In this document: positions 1-9,013 of the stretch, in pieces
Layout of the letters: every line of letters begins with the position of its first letter
Position numbering within the stretch: position 1 is the first letter of the stretch
Assembly: GCA_963719225.1 (NCBI GenBank)
Contig: CAVRAY010000002.1
Span: 1 to 64,000 of the forward strand
DNA from: Thermoanaerobaculia bacterium
GTDB taxonomy: Bacteria > Acidobacteriota > Thermoanaerobaculia > UBA5066
Reading direction: 5' to 3'
DNA length: 64,000 nt
Notes under the pieces: model-generated
The model's input: the letters and a program-made list of their open reading frames with translations, nothing else
Database searches by the model: none
What the model was told of the DNA's origin: nothing
Program-made: the position numbers and the translations under genes

Positions 1-36
1 CGCCCGTGGGCTCTCTACACTTCTTAGGAGCACTTC

Positions 37-1691
37 ATGCGTCCTGACAGTCGTTTGACTCGTTGGATCCTGCCGAGCCTCCTCGGAGTCGCGGTCACAT
101 GGTCCGTCCAGGCCATCACACTTCCGCCCGGCTTCGGCGATGCCCTCGTCGCCACGGTGAGCGCGCCGACGGCCCTCGCCTTCACGCCCGACGGACGGCT
201 CCTGATCACGACGCAGGGCGGAACGCTGCGGGTCGTGCAGGGCGGCGTGCTCCTCGGCGACGCCCGCCCTGTCCCTCGGGTCGGCGGTCTGCTCGAACGG
301 CGAGCGCGGGCTCCTCGGCGTCGCGGTGGACCCGCAGTTCGCGACGAACCATTTCGTCTACCTCTTCTACACGTTCAACAAGAACGCGGCGGGCTGTCCG
401 ACGCTCAACACGACGAGCCCCGTGGAAAGGATCTCGCGCTTCACGCTGGACGTTCCCACCGCGAACGTGATCAATCCGGCGACGGAGCTCGTTCTCCTGG
501 ACAACGTCCTGAACTTCGCGGGGAACCACAACGGCGGGCAGCTGCGGGTCGGGCCCGACGGCTTTCTCTACGCGGGCATCGGCGACGGCGGGTGCGACTA
601 CGCGGGCGACAGCGGCTGCGCGGGCGCGAACGACGCGTCGCGCGACCGGAACATCCTGAACGGAAAGATCCTCCGCATCGCGCGGGACGGCTCCGTGCCC
701 GCCCACGAATCCGTTTCTGGGCGCGGGTACGGCGCGATGCAACACGGGTCCGTCGGCGCCGGGCACGATCTGCCAGGAGACCTTCCTCTGGGGCCTCCGC
801 AACCCGTTCCGGTTCGCGTTCCGCCCGACCGACAGCGCGCTCTTCGTGAACGACGTCGGGCAGGGCGCTTACGAGGAGATCGATCTCTCGCAGGCGGGCG
901 GCGACTACGGCTGGCCGTGCCGCGAGGGCGCGCACACGGCGCTCACCACGAACCATTGCAGCCCGACGCCCCCGAACATGATCGACCCGTTCTTCGAGTA
1001 CCTTCACGGCACGATCCCGGGCACGTCCACGACGGGCTGCGGGTCGATCACGGGAGGGGCCTGGGTGCCCGCGGGGATCTGGCCGTCCGCTTACGACGGG
1101 ACGTACCTCTTCGCGGACTTCAACTGCGGCGCCATCGCGCGCCTCACGCCCGGCGCCCCGTCGACGGCCGCCGATTTCGCGACGGGGCTCGGGGCCTCGA
1201 CCGTCGTCGAGCTGCTCTTCGGCCCGTCACCCATCGGGACCTCGCTCTACTACACGACGTACGCCGCCGGCGGACAGGTGCGCCGGATCGACTTCGCGCG
1301 CCGCCGCCGCCCGCCGCGACGTTCCGGGCGCTGACGCCGTGCCGCGCAATCGACACGCGCGGCGCCACGGGGCCCACGGGCGGGCCGGCCCTCCAGGCGA
1401 ACGGCACGCGCACGCTTTCCGATCGCGGGCGCGTGCGGCGTTCCCCCGGCCGCCGTTGCCGTGGCCGCGAACGTGACGGTGACGGGCTCGAGCGTCGCGG
1501 GGGCCGTGCGGATCGGTCCCGCCGGAACGACGCCGTCACTCGACACGTTACCGTTCCACGCGGGCGCGACGCGCGCCGACAACGCCGTCCTCGGCCTCTT
1601 CGGAACGCCCGCCGGCAGCGTGACGGTCGTCTCTGGGTTCGCTTCCGGGACCGTGCACCTCATCGTCGACGTGACGGGTTACTGGCAGTAG
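37..1691 (+). CDS. Secreted PQQ-dependent sugar dehydrogenase (glucose/sorbosone DH-like beta-propeller) with C-terminal PCRxxDTR...DVxGYF domain; split by about 4 frameshifts
   Basis: AGGAG RBS at 27-31 and a signal peptide. Motifs PTALAFTPDGRLLI, NHNGGQLRVGPDGFLYAGIGDGG, NGKILRI and NDVGQGAYEEID..GGDYGWP are spread over ORFs 37..849, 326..1705, 846..1334 and 1461..1691; the last ends HLIVDVTGYWQ*. Frame switches near 265, 715, 1310 and 1420. Confidence 0.8.
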
Positions 1692-1833
1692 GTCAGCGCA
1701 GCTAGCCCCGTAGGCACCGTAATGCCTCGGCCAGGACGCGCCACACCGTTTCGAGAGCCTCGCGAACAGCGGCGAAGCTGCTCGTACAGGCCTGGTGGTG
1801 GCGGTCGTCGGCGGATGGGTGGGCGCAGCAGCG

Positions 1834-2169
1834 CTAAGCCCCAACCCGCTCGATTTCGCGGACCAGAGAGGGCAGGTCAGACGTTACGACGGTCCAGACA
1901 ATGTCGTGATCGACCGAAGCGTAGCCGTGAACCAGGCGATTCCGCATTCCTATGATCTCGAACCAGGGAACCCCCGGAAGAATCTCCCGCGCGGCCGGAG
2001 ATACCTTGGAGGCCGCTTCACCAACGACTTCGATGAATCGTTCGAGGGCCGCGGCAAGAACATGGTCGACTTCGAGGTCCTCGCGGCGCCTGCCGGCGAC
2101 GGCGGCGATGGCCCGTCTCGCGTGATCGACCATGTCCTTGAGGAGAATCTCGTCCTCAGGCCGCTTCAT
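1834..2169 (-). CDS. HepT-like HEPN ribonuclease toxin (DUF86)
   Basis: 111 aa with EVVGEAA and the RX4H motif GMRNRLVHGY; overlaps the upstream MNT gene. Confidence 0.9.
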   Translation of the reverse strand: MKRPEDEILLKDMVDHARRAIAAVAGRRREDLEVDHVLAAALERFIEVVGEAASKVSPAAREILPGVPWFEIIGMRNRLVHGYASVDHDIVWTVVTSDLPSLVREIERVGA

Positions 2170-2461
2170 AAAGCGGAACGGCCTCCTGAACGACCCGTGG
2201 CCGGAAGTGTGGGCTGAGGAAGCCGGCCGTTACCAGATCGACCCTTCGGCCGAACAGATTCGACAGCTCAGCCTGGAGTGTGATGAATCGAAGACCGACG
2301 GCGATCCCGGGCTCGAACTCGACAAGGATGTCGAGATCGCTCTCTCGCCCCAGCGCGCCACAGAGTGCCGACCCGAACACGGCGAGTCGACGGACGTCGT
2401 AACGGCGGCAGAGACCGCGCAGGGCCGGCCGATCGAAGGAGAGGCCGAGGGGACTTTCCAC
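2156..2461 (-). CDS. MntA-like minimal nucleotidyltransferase antitoxin
   Basis: LAVFGS...ESDLDILVEF and GRRVDLVT motifs; paired with HEPN. Confidence 0.9.
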   Translation of the reverse strand: MESPLGLSFDRPALRGLCRRYDVRRLAVFGSALCGALGRESDLDILVEFEPGIAVGLRFITLQAELSNLFGRRVDLVTAGFLSPHFRPRVVQEAVPLYEAA

Positions 2462-2517
2462 AAAATCATGCTAGCACTCAACGTGGCGAAGGAGCATCAG
2501 TCCGCTGAGCTGACCGA

Positions 2518-2602
2518 GCGTGATCGACCATATCTCTGAGGAGGATCTGGTCCTCAGACCACTTCATGAAGCGGAACGGCCTCCTGGTCGCCGCGTGGGG
2601 CC
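2518..2602 (-). pseudogene. Remnant of a paralogous MNT/HEPN gene junction
   Basis: Diverged copy of ~2120-2203. Encodes QEAVPLHEVV* and MKWSEDQILLRDMVDHAR, versus QEAVPLYEAA* and MKRPEDEILLKDMVDHAR. Confidence 0.75.
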
Positions 2603-2632
2603 ACCGCCTCGACGCCGATTCGACCGAAGGCG

Positions 2633-2800
2633 TCAGGGAAGGATAACGAGCCTCCGCCCGCCCTTCAGGCGATAGATGGTGAAGTCGCGGCGGTCGACGG
2701 TGAAGACGGTTCGAAGCCCGTCGCGCTCGGCGACGCGAACCAGGGCGGCGTCGGCAAGGTCCATCGGCAGATCGCCGTACTTCTCCATCAGTTCGTTTAT
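2633..2800 (-). pseudogene. C-terminal half of a PIN-domain (VapC-like) toxin
   Basis: LMEKYGDLPMDLADAALVRVAERDGLRTVFTVDRRDFTIYR; the N-terminal PIN half is missing. Confidence 0.8.
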
Positions 2801-2919
2801 CTGATCCACTCGCGCTCGGGCTCGGGTAGATCGCGCTCGAGGCTCGCGATTGCGGCGACGCACTTTCGGATGGCGCTGACTTTCGCGAGGACAATGTCCT
2901 CGTCGGCGCGCACGCTCAT
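2797..2919 (-). pseudogene. Truncated HepT/DUF86 N-terminus
   Basis: Hand translation from ATG 2919 (ATGA overlap with the upstream stop): MSVRADEDIVLAKVSAIRKCVAAIASLERDLPEPEREWIR*. It abuts the PIN fragment. Confidence 0.6.
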
Positions 2920-3245
2920 CCGGCGGCGGCGGCCTGCATGGTTTCCTCGACGGGCCGGCGACTGATCTTCCAGTCGAAGTAGATGGCGAGGGTATACATG
3001 GCGAACTCCTGCAGGGCGTGGGAGTCCGTCACGAGGAAGGGGCGCCCGGTCTTGAGGACCTGCATCCGGACGATCGGGTCCGCGGCGTCGAGATCGACAA
3101 GGTCGACAGGCCGGCCGGCCGCCCCCTCGAGCGCGGCGCGGTGTGCGAGCTTATCGTCGAACGTCAAGGCGCGTCCGAACGAGGCCGCGACGAAGCGCAC
3201 GGCATCGGCCGCAGGTACGTCAAGATCAAGCGCTTCCTCGACTAG
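2916..3245 (-). pseudogene. Degenerate MntA-type nucleotidyltransferase
   Basis: C-terminal GRPVDLVDLDAADPIVRMQVLKTG is retained; the GS...DxD catalytic segment and a clear start are absent. Confidence 0.65.
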
Positions 3246-3252
3246 AGGTACG

Positions 3253-3480
3253 GTCCATCCGCGCTTCGTCGTGTGCGTGAGTCCGGGCTCGAGCCACGAC
3301 CTTCAATCTCGGCGCATCTATCGGGTTCTTCCCGACGCCTCGGCGGCGCGAAGCAAGTTCATCCGAGTCATCGACGACTCGGGTGAGGACTACTTGTACC
3401 CCGCGCGTCTCTTCCTTCCTCTGCAGGTCTCTTCCGCCATTCGCGAAGCGCTTCGTTCGCCAGCTGTCGCGAGCATCTGA
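3253..3480 (+). CDS. Small conserved hypothetical protein of TA-rich neighbourhoods (5' end uncertain)
   Basis: RFVVCV...RRIYRVLPDASAA...IRVIDDSGEDYLYPARLF in the C-terminal part of ORF 2983..3480. Confidence 0.55.
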   Translation, partial: VHPRFVVCVSPGSSHDLQSRRIYRVLPDASAARSKFIRVIDDSGEDYLYPARLFLPLQVSSAIREALRSPAVASI

Positions 3481-3529
3481 CCAGCGAGCCGAGCCGGGGG
3501 CGAGGTTCTCGTACGTTCCGCCTCCGGCG

Positions 3530-3611
3530 ACCTCGACGCGACACTGCCAATAACGATGAACCGGACCTTGTCTTTCTGAAGCGCCCGCAGGAGTCCCGGG
3601 AAGTCTGTCAT
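3530..3611 (-). pseudogene. N-terminal fragment of a nucleotidyltransferase
   Basis: MTDFPGLLRALQKDKVRFIVIGSVA, then the similarity is lost; ATGA-coupled to the upstream small gene. Confidence 0.6.
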
Positions 3612-3808
3612 CCGCCAAAGGTGGCGCGGCCGGCCCGCCTGAGCTCCTCCGCGAACTCCTGCAGCCTCATCAGCTTGACCAGCCTCTCCTCGACGGTCAG
3701 CTTGAAGTTCTCGCGGATGAGCGTGCGGTCGACGTCTTTCTTCAGCTCCTCGACGAGGCGGTCTACCTCGTCCGGGGAGAGAGGCGGAGCGTCGGGAACG
3801 GGCCTCAT
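3608..3808 (-). CDS. Small protein typically encoded upstream of nucleotidyltransferases (putative TA partner)
   Basis: 66 aa, VDRTLIRENFKLTVEERL; TAAGCT -10 box 6 nt before the ATG. Confidence 0.7.
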   Translation of the reverse strand: MRPVPDAPPLSPDEVDRLVEELKKDVDRTLIRENFKLTVEERLVKLMRLQEFAEELRRAGRATFGG

Positions 3809-3845
3809 GGATCTAGCTTACGCCGGCACCGCTCGTTCACGCGTC

Positions 3846-4232
3846 TCACCACACCACGCGGACGGCATATCGGGCGATCTGCTCGTCGCCGCTCACGAGA
3901 ACGAGATCCTCGGCCTGGGCCTGGGCGACGAGGATCCTGTCGAACGGATCACCGTGATGATCGGGCAACGTCGAGACGCGCAGCGCGTGGCGGAGGTGAA
4001 CCGGAAGAACCTGAAATCCGTTGACCGCGAGGTGCTCGGTCACGAATTCTTCGAGGTTCTCTGCCAGCCGCAGCCGGCCGATGCTCGTCTTGATCGCGAG
4101 CTCCCAGGCGCTCGCGGCGCTCAGGAAGACCTCGTTGCGCCCTCCGGAGATCAGTTTCCGCGCTTTCGGCGGCAGTCTCGGATCGTCGCCGATCCACCAG
4201 AGGAACGCGTGCGTGTCGAGAAGCAGCCTCAC
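3846..4232 (-). CDS. vapC: Type II TA VapC/PIN toxin
   Basis: MRLLLDTHAFLWW, SAASAWELAIK, HHGDPFDRILVAQA. Confidence 0.93.
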   Translation of the reverse strand: MRLLLDTHAFLWWIGDDPRLPPKARKLISGGRNEVFLSAASAWELAIKTSIGRLRLAENLEEFVTEHLAVNGFQVLPVHLRHALRVSTLPDHHGDPFDRILVAQAQAEDLVLVSGDEQIARYAVRVVW

Positions 4233-4465
4233 GACCCGAAGGAGCGTCGGAGCCTGGCCGGGAGCGGGGCGTCGAAGTTCTTCTCAATGGTGAACCGGCC
4301 GCGCGCGCTTCCGGGTTCCCGGCGTGCGGCGTTTTCCGAAAACGGCACGAGGCGCGCAACAGGGCGGCCCGCCTTTCCGATCACGATCTCCTCCCCCTGG
4401 CTCAAGCGGACGAGGAGCTTCGAGAAATGGGTCTTCGCCTCGTGGACGTTCACGACTTTCGCCAC
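4229..4465 (-). CDS. Phd/YefM-family antitoxin
   Basis: VNVHEAKTHFSKLL...GEEIVIGKAGRPVARLVP; GTGA overlap with vapC. Confidence 0.93.
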   Translation of the reverse strand: MAKVVNVHEAKTHFSKLLVRLSQGEEIVIGKAGRPVARLVPFSENAARREPGSARGRFTIEKNFDAPLPARLRRSFGS

Positions 4466-4472
4466 GGCCGGG

Positions 4473-4501
4473 AGTGTGGACTAAGTGATGGACTAAGTCA
4501 A
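4473..4501 (-). promoter_or_regulatory. Sigma70-type promoter with operator direct repeats for phd-vapC
   Basis: TTGACT-17nt-CACACT, 7 nt before the GTG; TGGACTAAGT repeated at 4477-4486 and 4489-4498. Confidence 0.65.
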
Positions 4502-5047
4502 GGCGAGGATCTTCTCCAGAAGGTCTCCCACACCAAGCTCGTGTGACTGCCGGCGGAGGTAATCGAGGTCGAGCGACTTGCGGTTGGCGGCAAGGACGGC
4601 CGCCGCATCGCGGAGCTGGCGGTCGGAACCTCCGCGCCGGGACCAATCCAGCTTCGACAGGATGGAGCCTTCCGGCGAAATCACGTGGACGTCGAGCCCG
4701 AAGAGTCGCGCCGGGCGCCGACGCTCGAATTCGGTCCGGTCGAACTCGCGATGGCCGACGAAAATGATGTCTGCCTTCCAACCGGATCGAGGGTCGATGA
4801 CGTTGAACATGCCTCGCGCCGCGAGCGCCTCTCGCACCTCATCGCGGCTGACGTAGAAGGTGCCGGAAAGAGATTCGGCGAAGGCCTCTATCTGGTCGGG
4901 CGTCGGATCCACGACGATGTCGAGGTCGTTCGTGGCCCGAGGCTCGCCGTAGTAAGACGATGCCGCCGAGCCGGTCAGCATCCACGGCACGCCGGCGCTG
5001 CGGAGCTTCGCGGCGAGAAGCTCGAGAAATGCCGCCGGCGCGATCAC
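4493..5047 (-). CDS. Nucleotidyltransferase family protein (DUF6036-like)
   Basis: WMLTGSAASSYYGEPRATNDLDIVV; ILSKLDW...SDRQLRD. Confidence 0.8.
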   Translation of the reverse strand: MIAPAAFLELLAAKLRSAGVPWMLTGSAASSYYGEPRATNDLDIVVDPTPDQIEAFAESLSGTFYVSRDEVREALAARGMFNVIDPRSGWKADIIFVGHREFDRTEFERRRPARLFGLDVHVISPEGSILSKLDWSRRGGSDRQLRDAAAVLAANRKSLDLDYLRRQSHELGVGDLLEKILALT

Positions 5048-5301
5048 GGTCTTTCGTCGACGCCGGGGAAGGCTTTCCGGAAGAGCTCCTCGCCGTAGAT
5101 TTGCCGGAAGAGAGCGCGGTCGACCTCGAGGTCGTTATAGCCCGGGTGACGGGCTTGAATGCCTTCGCGGGCGACGGATCGCACGAACTCCGAGGCCTCG
5201 AAGGCCGCCCGGAGACGGCCTTCCGGGCCCAGCGCTTCGTGAGCCGCGCGAGTGAGCTCCCAGGCGCTCCGGGAAGTGTCGGCCGGTCGGGATCCCGACA
5301 T
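5044..5301 (-). CDS. Small partner protein of the nucleotidyltransferase (85 aa)
   Basis: MSGSRPADTS...PEGRLRAAFEASE...GIQARHPGY; TAAGCT 7 nt upstream of ATG 5301; coupled to the NTase gene. Confidence 0.7.
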   Translation of the reverse strand: MSGSRPADTSRSAWELTRAAHEALGPEGRLRAAFEASEFVRSVAREGIQARHPGYNDLEVDRALFRQIYGEELFRKAFPGVDERP

Positions 5302-5311
5302 CCTCCCCAGC

Positions 5312-6106
5312 TTACGCCGGGCTTCCCCCCTGCGCCCACGCGTGGTACGCGGCGCAGACCGACTCGGCCGGGCCGTCCTGGACGACCTGGCCCTCGGAGA
5401 TCCAGATCGCGCGTTGGCAGGACTCGACGACGTCCGGGAGGTTGTGCGAGACGAGGAGAAACGTGCGCCCGTCCTCGCGCAGCGAAGCCATTCGGTCGCG
5501 GCACTTCGCGCGGAAGCGCTCGTCTCCCACGGCGAGGGCTTCGTCCACCAGGAGGATGTCGGGGTCGACGTCCGTCGCGACGGAGAAGGCGAGGCGCGCG
5601 GCCATGCCCGTGGAATAGGTCCTGATCGGAGCGTCGAGGAACTCCTCGAGCTCGGCAAAGCCCGCGATCCTCTCCATCCGCTCGAGCATCTGCTCCCGCG
5701 AGAAGCCCATGAGCGCGCCCTGGAGGACGACGTTCTCGCGGCCCGTGAGCTCGCCGTGGAAGCCGAGGCCCAGCTCGAGGAGAGGCGCGACGCGCCCGCG
5801 CACGACGAGGCGGCCTTCCGTCGGCCGGAGCACGCGCGCGACGAGGCGGAAGAGGCTGCTCTTGCCCGCGCCGTTCGCTCCGATGACGCCGATGCGCTCG
5901 CCCCGGGCGACCGTCATGTTGACGTCGCGCAGCGCCACGAGAGTGTTGTGCTCCATGCGGCCCCGGAGCTTCCGGAGCGCGTATTCCTTGAAGGTGACGA
6001 CGACCTCGCGCGGGATGCGGTAGCGCAAGGTAACGTGGTCGAGGAACACCGCCGGCTCCGTCGCCAGCGCGGCGGCGACGGCAGCCGCATCAGTGACGGG
6101 TGCCAT
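5312..6106 (-). CDS. wzt: Polysaccharide export ABC transporter ATPase (Wzt/TagH-like), no C-terminal carbohydrate-binding domain
   Basis: Walker A GANGAGKS; YSTGMAARLAFS; ILLVDEALAVGD. Confidence 0.9.
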   Translation of the reverse strand: MAPVTDAAAVAAALATEPAVFLDHVTLRYRIPREVVVTFKEYALRKLRGRMEHNTLVALRDVNMTVARGERIGVIGANGAGKSSLFRLVARVLRPTEGRLVVRGRVAPLLELGLGFHGELTGRENVVLQGALMGFSREQMLERMERIAGFAELEEFLDAPIRTYSTGMAARLAFSVATDVDPDILLVDEALAVGDERFRAKCRDRMASLREDGRTFLLVSHNLPDVVESCQRAIWISEGQVVQDGPAESVCAAYHAWAQGGSPA

Positions 6107-6923
6107 AGTCCTCGATCTTCCAGGCGTAGAAGAGCCATCCGAAGACGAGCGAAAGGACGCCCGCAAGGAGCGAGAAGGCGAGGGTATTCGGCCCGGGCAG
6201 CCAGCCGTCGTAGATGGGCGCGCGGAACATCTCGACGAGATACGTCATCGGGTTGAGGCGGACGACGAGCCGGTATTTCGGCGAGAGGATCGCCGGGGTG
6301 TAGACGATGGGGGTCAGGAAGAACCACGTCGAGAGGAGGACGAGGTACGTCTCTTTCACGTCCACGAAGCGCGAGGCCATCGTGAAAATCACGAGGCCGA
6401 CCCCCGACGTGAAGAGGATGCCGGCCACGATCGAAACGGGCAGGAAGAGCCAGGTCGCGTGGATCGGATGGCCCGTGGCCGCGATGATGAGGAAGAGCGG
6501 CACGAGGGTGTAGAGGAGGTTCACGAGCGCCCCGCCCACCGCCGCGGCCACGAAGACCGAGCGCGGGACGTAGACGCGTCGCGCGATCTCGGACGCGTCC
6601 GACGTGAGCGAGGCCGCGTGCGAGGTGGCCTGGGCGAAGAACGTCCAGAAGACGGATCCCGCGAGGAAGTACGCGGGATAGTTCGCGATCTGCTGCTTGA
6701 GAAGAGCCGAGAACGCGATGGTGAGCGCCACCATGGAGAGGAGCGGGCTCAGCATGCTCCACGCGACGCCGAGTACCGACCGCTTGTAGCGCACCTTCAG
6801 GTCGCGTTGGACGAGCTCGCCCACGAGGTGCCGATACTCCCAGAGGGCCTTCGCCTCCTCGATGAACAGGAAGCCGCGCCGGGCGGTGTCGTAGACGGGG
6901 GGCGCCGAGCTCACGCCGACCAT
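6090..6923 (-). CDS. wzm: Polysaccharide export ABC transporter permease (Wzm)
   Basis: RDLKVRYKRSVLGVAWSMLSPL, FFLTPIVY, LNPM; about six TM segments. Confidence 0.9.
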   Translation of the reverse strand: MVGVSSAPPVYDTARRGFLFIEEAKALWEYRHLVGELVQRDLKVRYKRSVLGVAWSMLSPLLSMVALTIAFSALLKQQIANYPAYFLAGSVFWTFFAQATSHAASLTSDASEIARRVYVPRSVFVAAAVGGALVNLLYTLVPLFLIIAATGHPIHATWLFLPVSIVAGILFTSGVGLVIFTMASRFVDVKETYLVLLSTWFFLTPIVYTPAILSPKYRLVVRLNPMTYLVEMFRAPIYDGWLPGPNTLAFSLLAGVLSLVFGWLFYAWKIEDYGTRH

Positions 6924-6975
6924 CTTAGGGCGTGTGCCCGCGCGAACCGCCACTTGCGGGGTTTACACTCGCTTC

Positions 6976-7368
6976 GTGACCGTCTACTGGATCCGCACGG
7001 ACGATGACCGCGCCGATCATGTGCTCGAAGCCATTGAGCACCAGCTGACCGAGGGTGACGTCGGAGATCCGGCGCTGGCGGAGAGCCTGAGAATCGTACG
7101 CGAAGAATGGGATGTGGATCCGGACGAGGTGCTCGAGTCCAAGCGCCCGTTTTTCGCCCCGCTCATCGTCGCTTTCCGGCGTCAGATCCAGCGCCTTCTC
7201 TGGTGGTATGGACTTCCCCAGTGGGGCAGAGTCCACCAGTACCGGCATGCCACGTCGCGCGTCGTCGAGGCCCTCCTCGCCGAGCAGGGGGCGCTCCGCA
7301 GGCGCATCGCGGCGCTCGAGTCCGAACGCGCCGGGAAGGGCTCGCAGGGAGCGCTGCCCGCCCCGTGA
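6976..7368 (+). CDS. Hypothetical amphipathic/coiled-coil protein heading the glycosyltransferase operon
   Basis: TACACT 6 nt before GTG 6976; [15 protein letters not shown] followed by a heptad-like tail; GTGA overlap with the GT4 gene. Confidence 0.65.
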   Translation: MTVYWIRTDDDRADHVLEAIEHQLTEGDVGDPALAESLRIVREEWDVDPDEVLESKRPFFAPLIVAFRRQIQRLLWWYGLPQWGRVHQYRHATSRVVEALLAEQGALRRRIAALESERAGKGSQGALPAP

Positions 7369-8444
7369 ACGGTCCTCTCCGCGCTGTCTGGCAGTCCCGC
7401 TGGGGCCTGCCGATCGGCTACGCGATCCACTCGGAGGAGCTCGCGCTCGCGCTGCTCGAGCGTGGAGTGGACCTCACTTTCCGCAACACTCCCTGGCCCC
7501 GACAGCGGCGGATCGCGAACGAGAGACTGCGCAGGGTCGCCGACCGCCCTCCCTTCATCGACGCCCCTCAGATCAGCTACGAGCAGGCAGATCTCTTCTA
7601 CCTGGACCATCCCCACACGAAGATCGGATACACGATGCTGGAGGTCGACGGCCTGCCGGCGGATTGGGTCTTGGCCTGCAACCGCATGGACGAGATCTGG
7701 GTGCCGACACACTGGGGACGTGAGCGGTTCGCGGAGAGCGGGGTGAAACGCCCGATCAAGGTGATGCCGCTCGGATACGACCCGCGAATCTTCCACTCCG
7801 ATGGTCTGCCCGCCCGTCCCGACGGCCGCTTCACGTTTCTCTCGGTCTTCGAATGGGGCGAGAGAAAAGCGCCCGATCTCCTCCTGAGATCCTTCTGCCG
7901 CGCCTTCACCCGGAAAGACGACGTCCTCCTCGTCCTGCGCGTCAACAACTTCGATGGCCACGTCGACGTGGCCGAGCAGATCGAAGCGATGCGTCTCCCG
8001 GAAGAGTCGCCTCCGATCGCTCTTCTGTACAACACGCACATCAGGCGGCCCGACCTCGGGAAGCTCTACCGGAGCGCGGATTGCTTCGTCCTCCCCACGC
8101 GTGGCGAGGGATGGGGGATGCCGATCCTGGAGGCGATGGCATGTGGCGTGCCGGTGATCGCAACGGCCTGGAGCGGGCCGACGGAGTTCCTGACCGAACG
8201 CGTCGGCTACCCGCTGCGATCACGCGGCCTCGTGAAGGCCGAGGCGAAGTGCCCGTATTACGAAGGCCTCCGGTGGGCCGATCCCGATCCCGACCAGCTC
8301 GTCGAGCTCCTTCGCGAGGTTCGCTCGCATCCGGAGGAGGCGCGGCGCCGCGGCGCCTGCGCGACCGAGGAGGCGGCTTCACGCTGGACATGGGAGGCGG
8401 CTGCGCGCCGGATCGAGGAGCGTCTGCGGGAGATCGGCGCGTAG
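7365..8444 (+). CDS. Glycosyltransferase family 4
   Basis: [31 protein letters not shown] (EX7E motif). Confidence 0.9.
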   Translation: MNGPLRAVWQSRWGLPIGYAIHSEELALALLERGVDLTFRNTPWPRQRRIANERLRRVADRPPFIDAPQISYEQADLFYLDHPHTKIGYTMLEVDGLPADWVLACNRMDEIWVPTHWGRERFAESGVKRPIKVMPLGYDPRIFHSDGLPARPDGRFTFLSVFEWGERKAPDLLLRSFCRAFTRKDDVLLVLRVNNFDGHVDVAEQIEAMRLPEESPPIALLYNTHIRRPDLGKLYRSADCFVLPTRGEGWGMPILEAMACGVPVIATAWSGPTEFLTERVGYPLRSRGLVKAEAKCPYYEGLRWADPDPDQLVELLREVRSHPEEARRRGACATEEAASRWTWEAAARRIEERLREIGA

Positions 8445-8489
8445 CACGACGTGGGCGGCGGATGCGTCCGCTCCATCTATACTCTCGCG

Positions 8490-8753
8490 ATGTCCGTGCG
8501 GGTCCCCGACGACGCTTGGGTTTCGGCTCGCGTCGAGGAGGCTCGGCACGAGAAAGAGCTCGCCCTCGCGGCCCTCACCCGGCTCGAGGACGAGGTTCGT
8601 CGCCTGACGTACAGGGTCGCGGAGCTCGAGGCCGGCCGCGTCGCACTAAAGAACCGCACCGAGGAAGCCGAGGCTTACGTCGCGGCCGTCAGGTACTCGC
8701 TCCCATGGCGGATCATCCAGTCGTTCCGGGGTCTCGTGGGCCGGCGCTGGTGA
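8490..8753 (+). CDS. Small coiled-coil protein with a C-terminal amphipathic motif
   Basis: TATACT 6 nt before the ATG; heptads LEDEVRRLTYRVAELEAG; ends YSLPWRIIQSFRGLVGRRW. Confidence 0.7.
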   Translation: MSVRVPDDAWVSARVEEARHEKELALAALTRLEDEVRRLTYRVAELEAGRVALKNRTEEAEAYVAAVRYSLPWRIIQSFRGLVGRRW

Positions 8754-9013
8754 GCGAGGGCGCCGAGCTCGAGCTGCGGAAGGAGGCCGAGGAGCTGCGC
8801 GCCCTCGTGCGGGCGCTCTCGGCGCGCCTCGTGGCGCTCGAAGCGGTGCTCCCTCTCGAGGCCGCGCTCGCTTTGGCACGCGGCTCGGACGCTGCCGCCG
8901 AGCCGCCTCTCGCGCTCGAAAACTGGCATGAGACGACCGAGCTGACGCGCGCCGACGTCGCGACCGAGATGGCGCTTCTCTGGAAGCGGCTGCCGCGGCG
9001 GGAGCGTGCGTGA
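8750..9013 (+). CDS. Small hypothetical coiled-coil protein
   Basis: GTGA overlaps at both ends; ELRKEAEELRALVRALSARLVALE. Confidence 0.55.
   Translation: MSEGAELELRKEAEELRALVRALSARLVALEAVLPLEAALALARGSDAAAEPPLALENWHETTELTRADVATEMALLWKRLPRRERA

Noticed and set aside
1692-1833. Possible further gene remnant between the dehydrogenase and HEPN genes
   Set aside because: Short translations show no recognisable motif.
1834-5301. Integron cassette array or IS-derived island
   Set aside because: No integrase or transposase, and no recurring attC-like inverted repeats recognised between modules.
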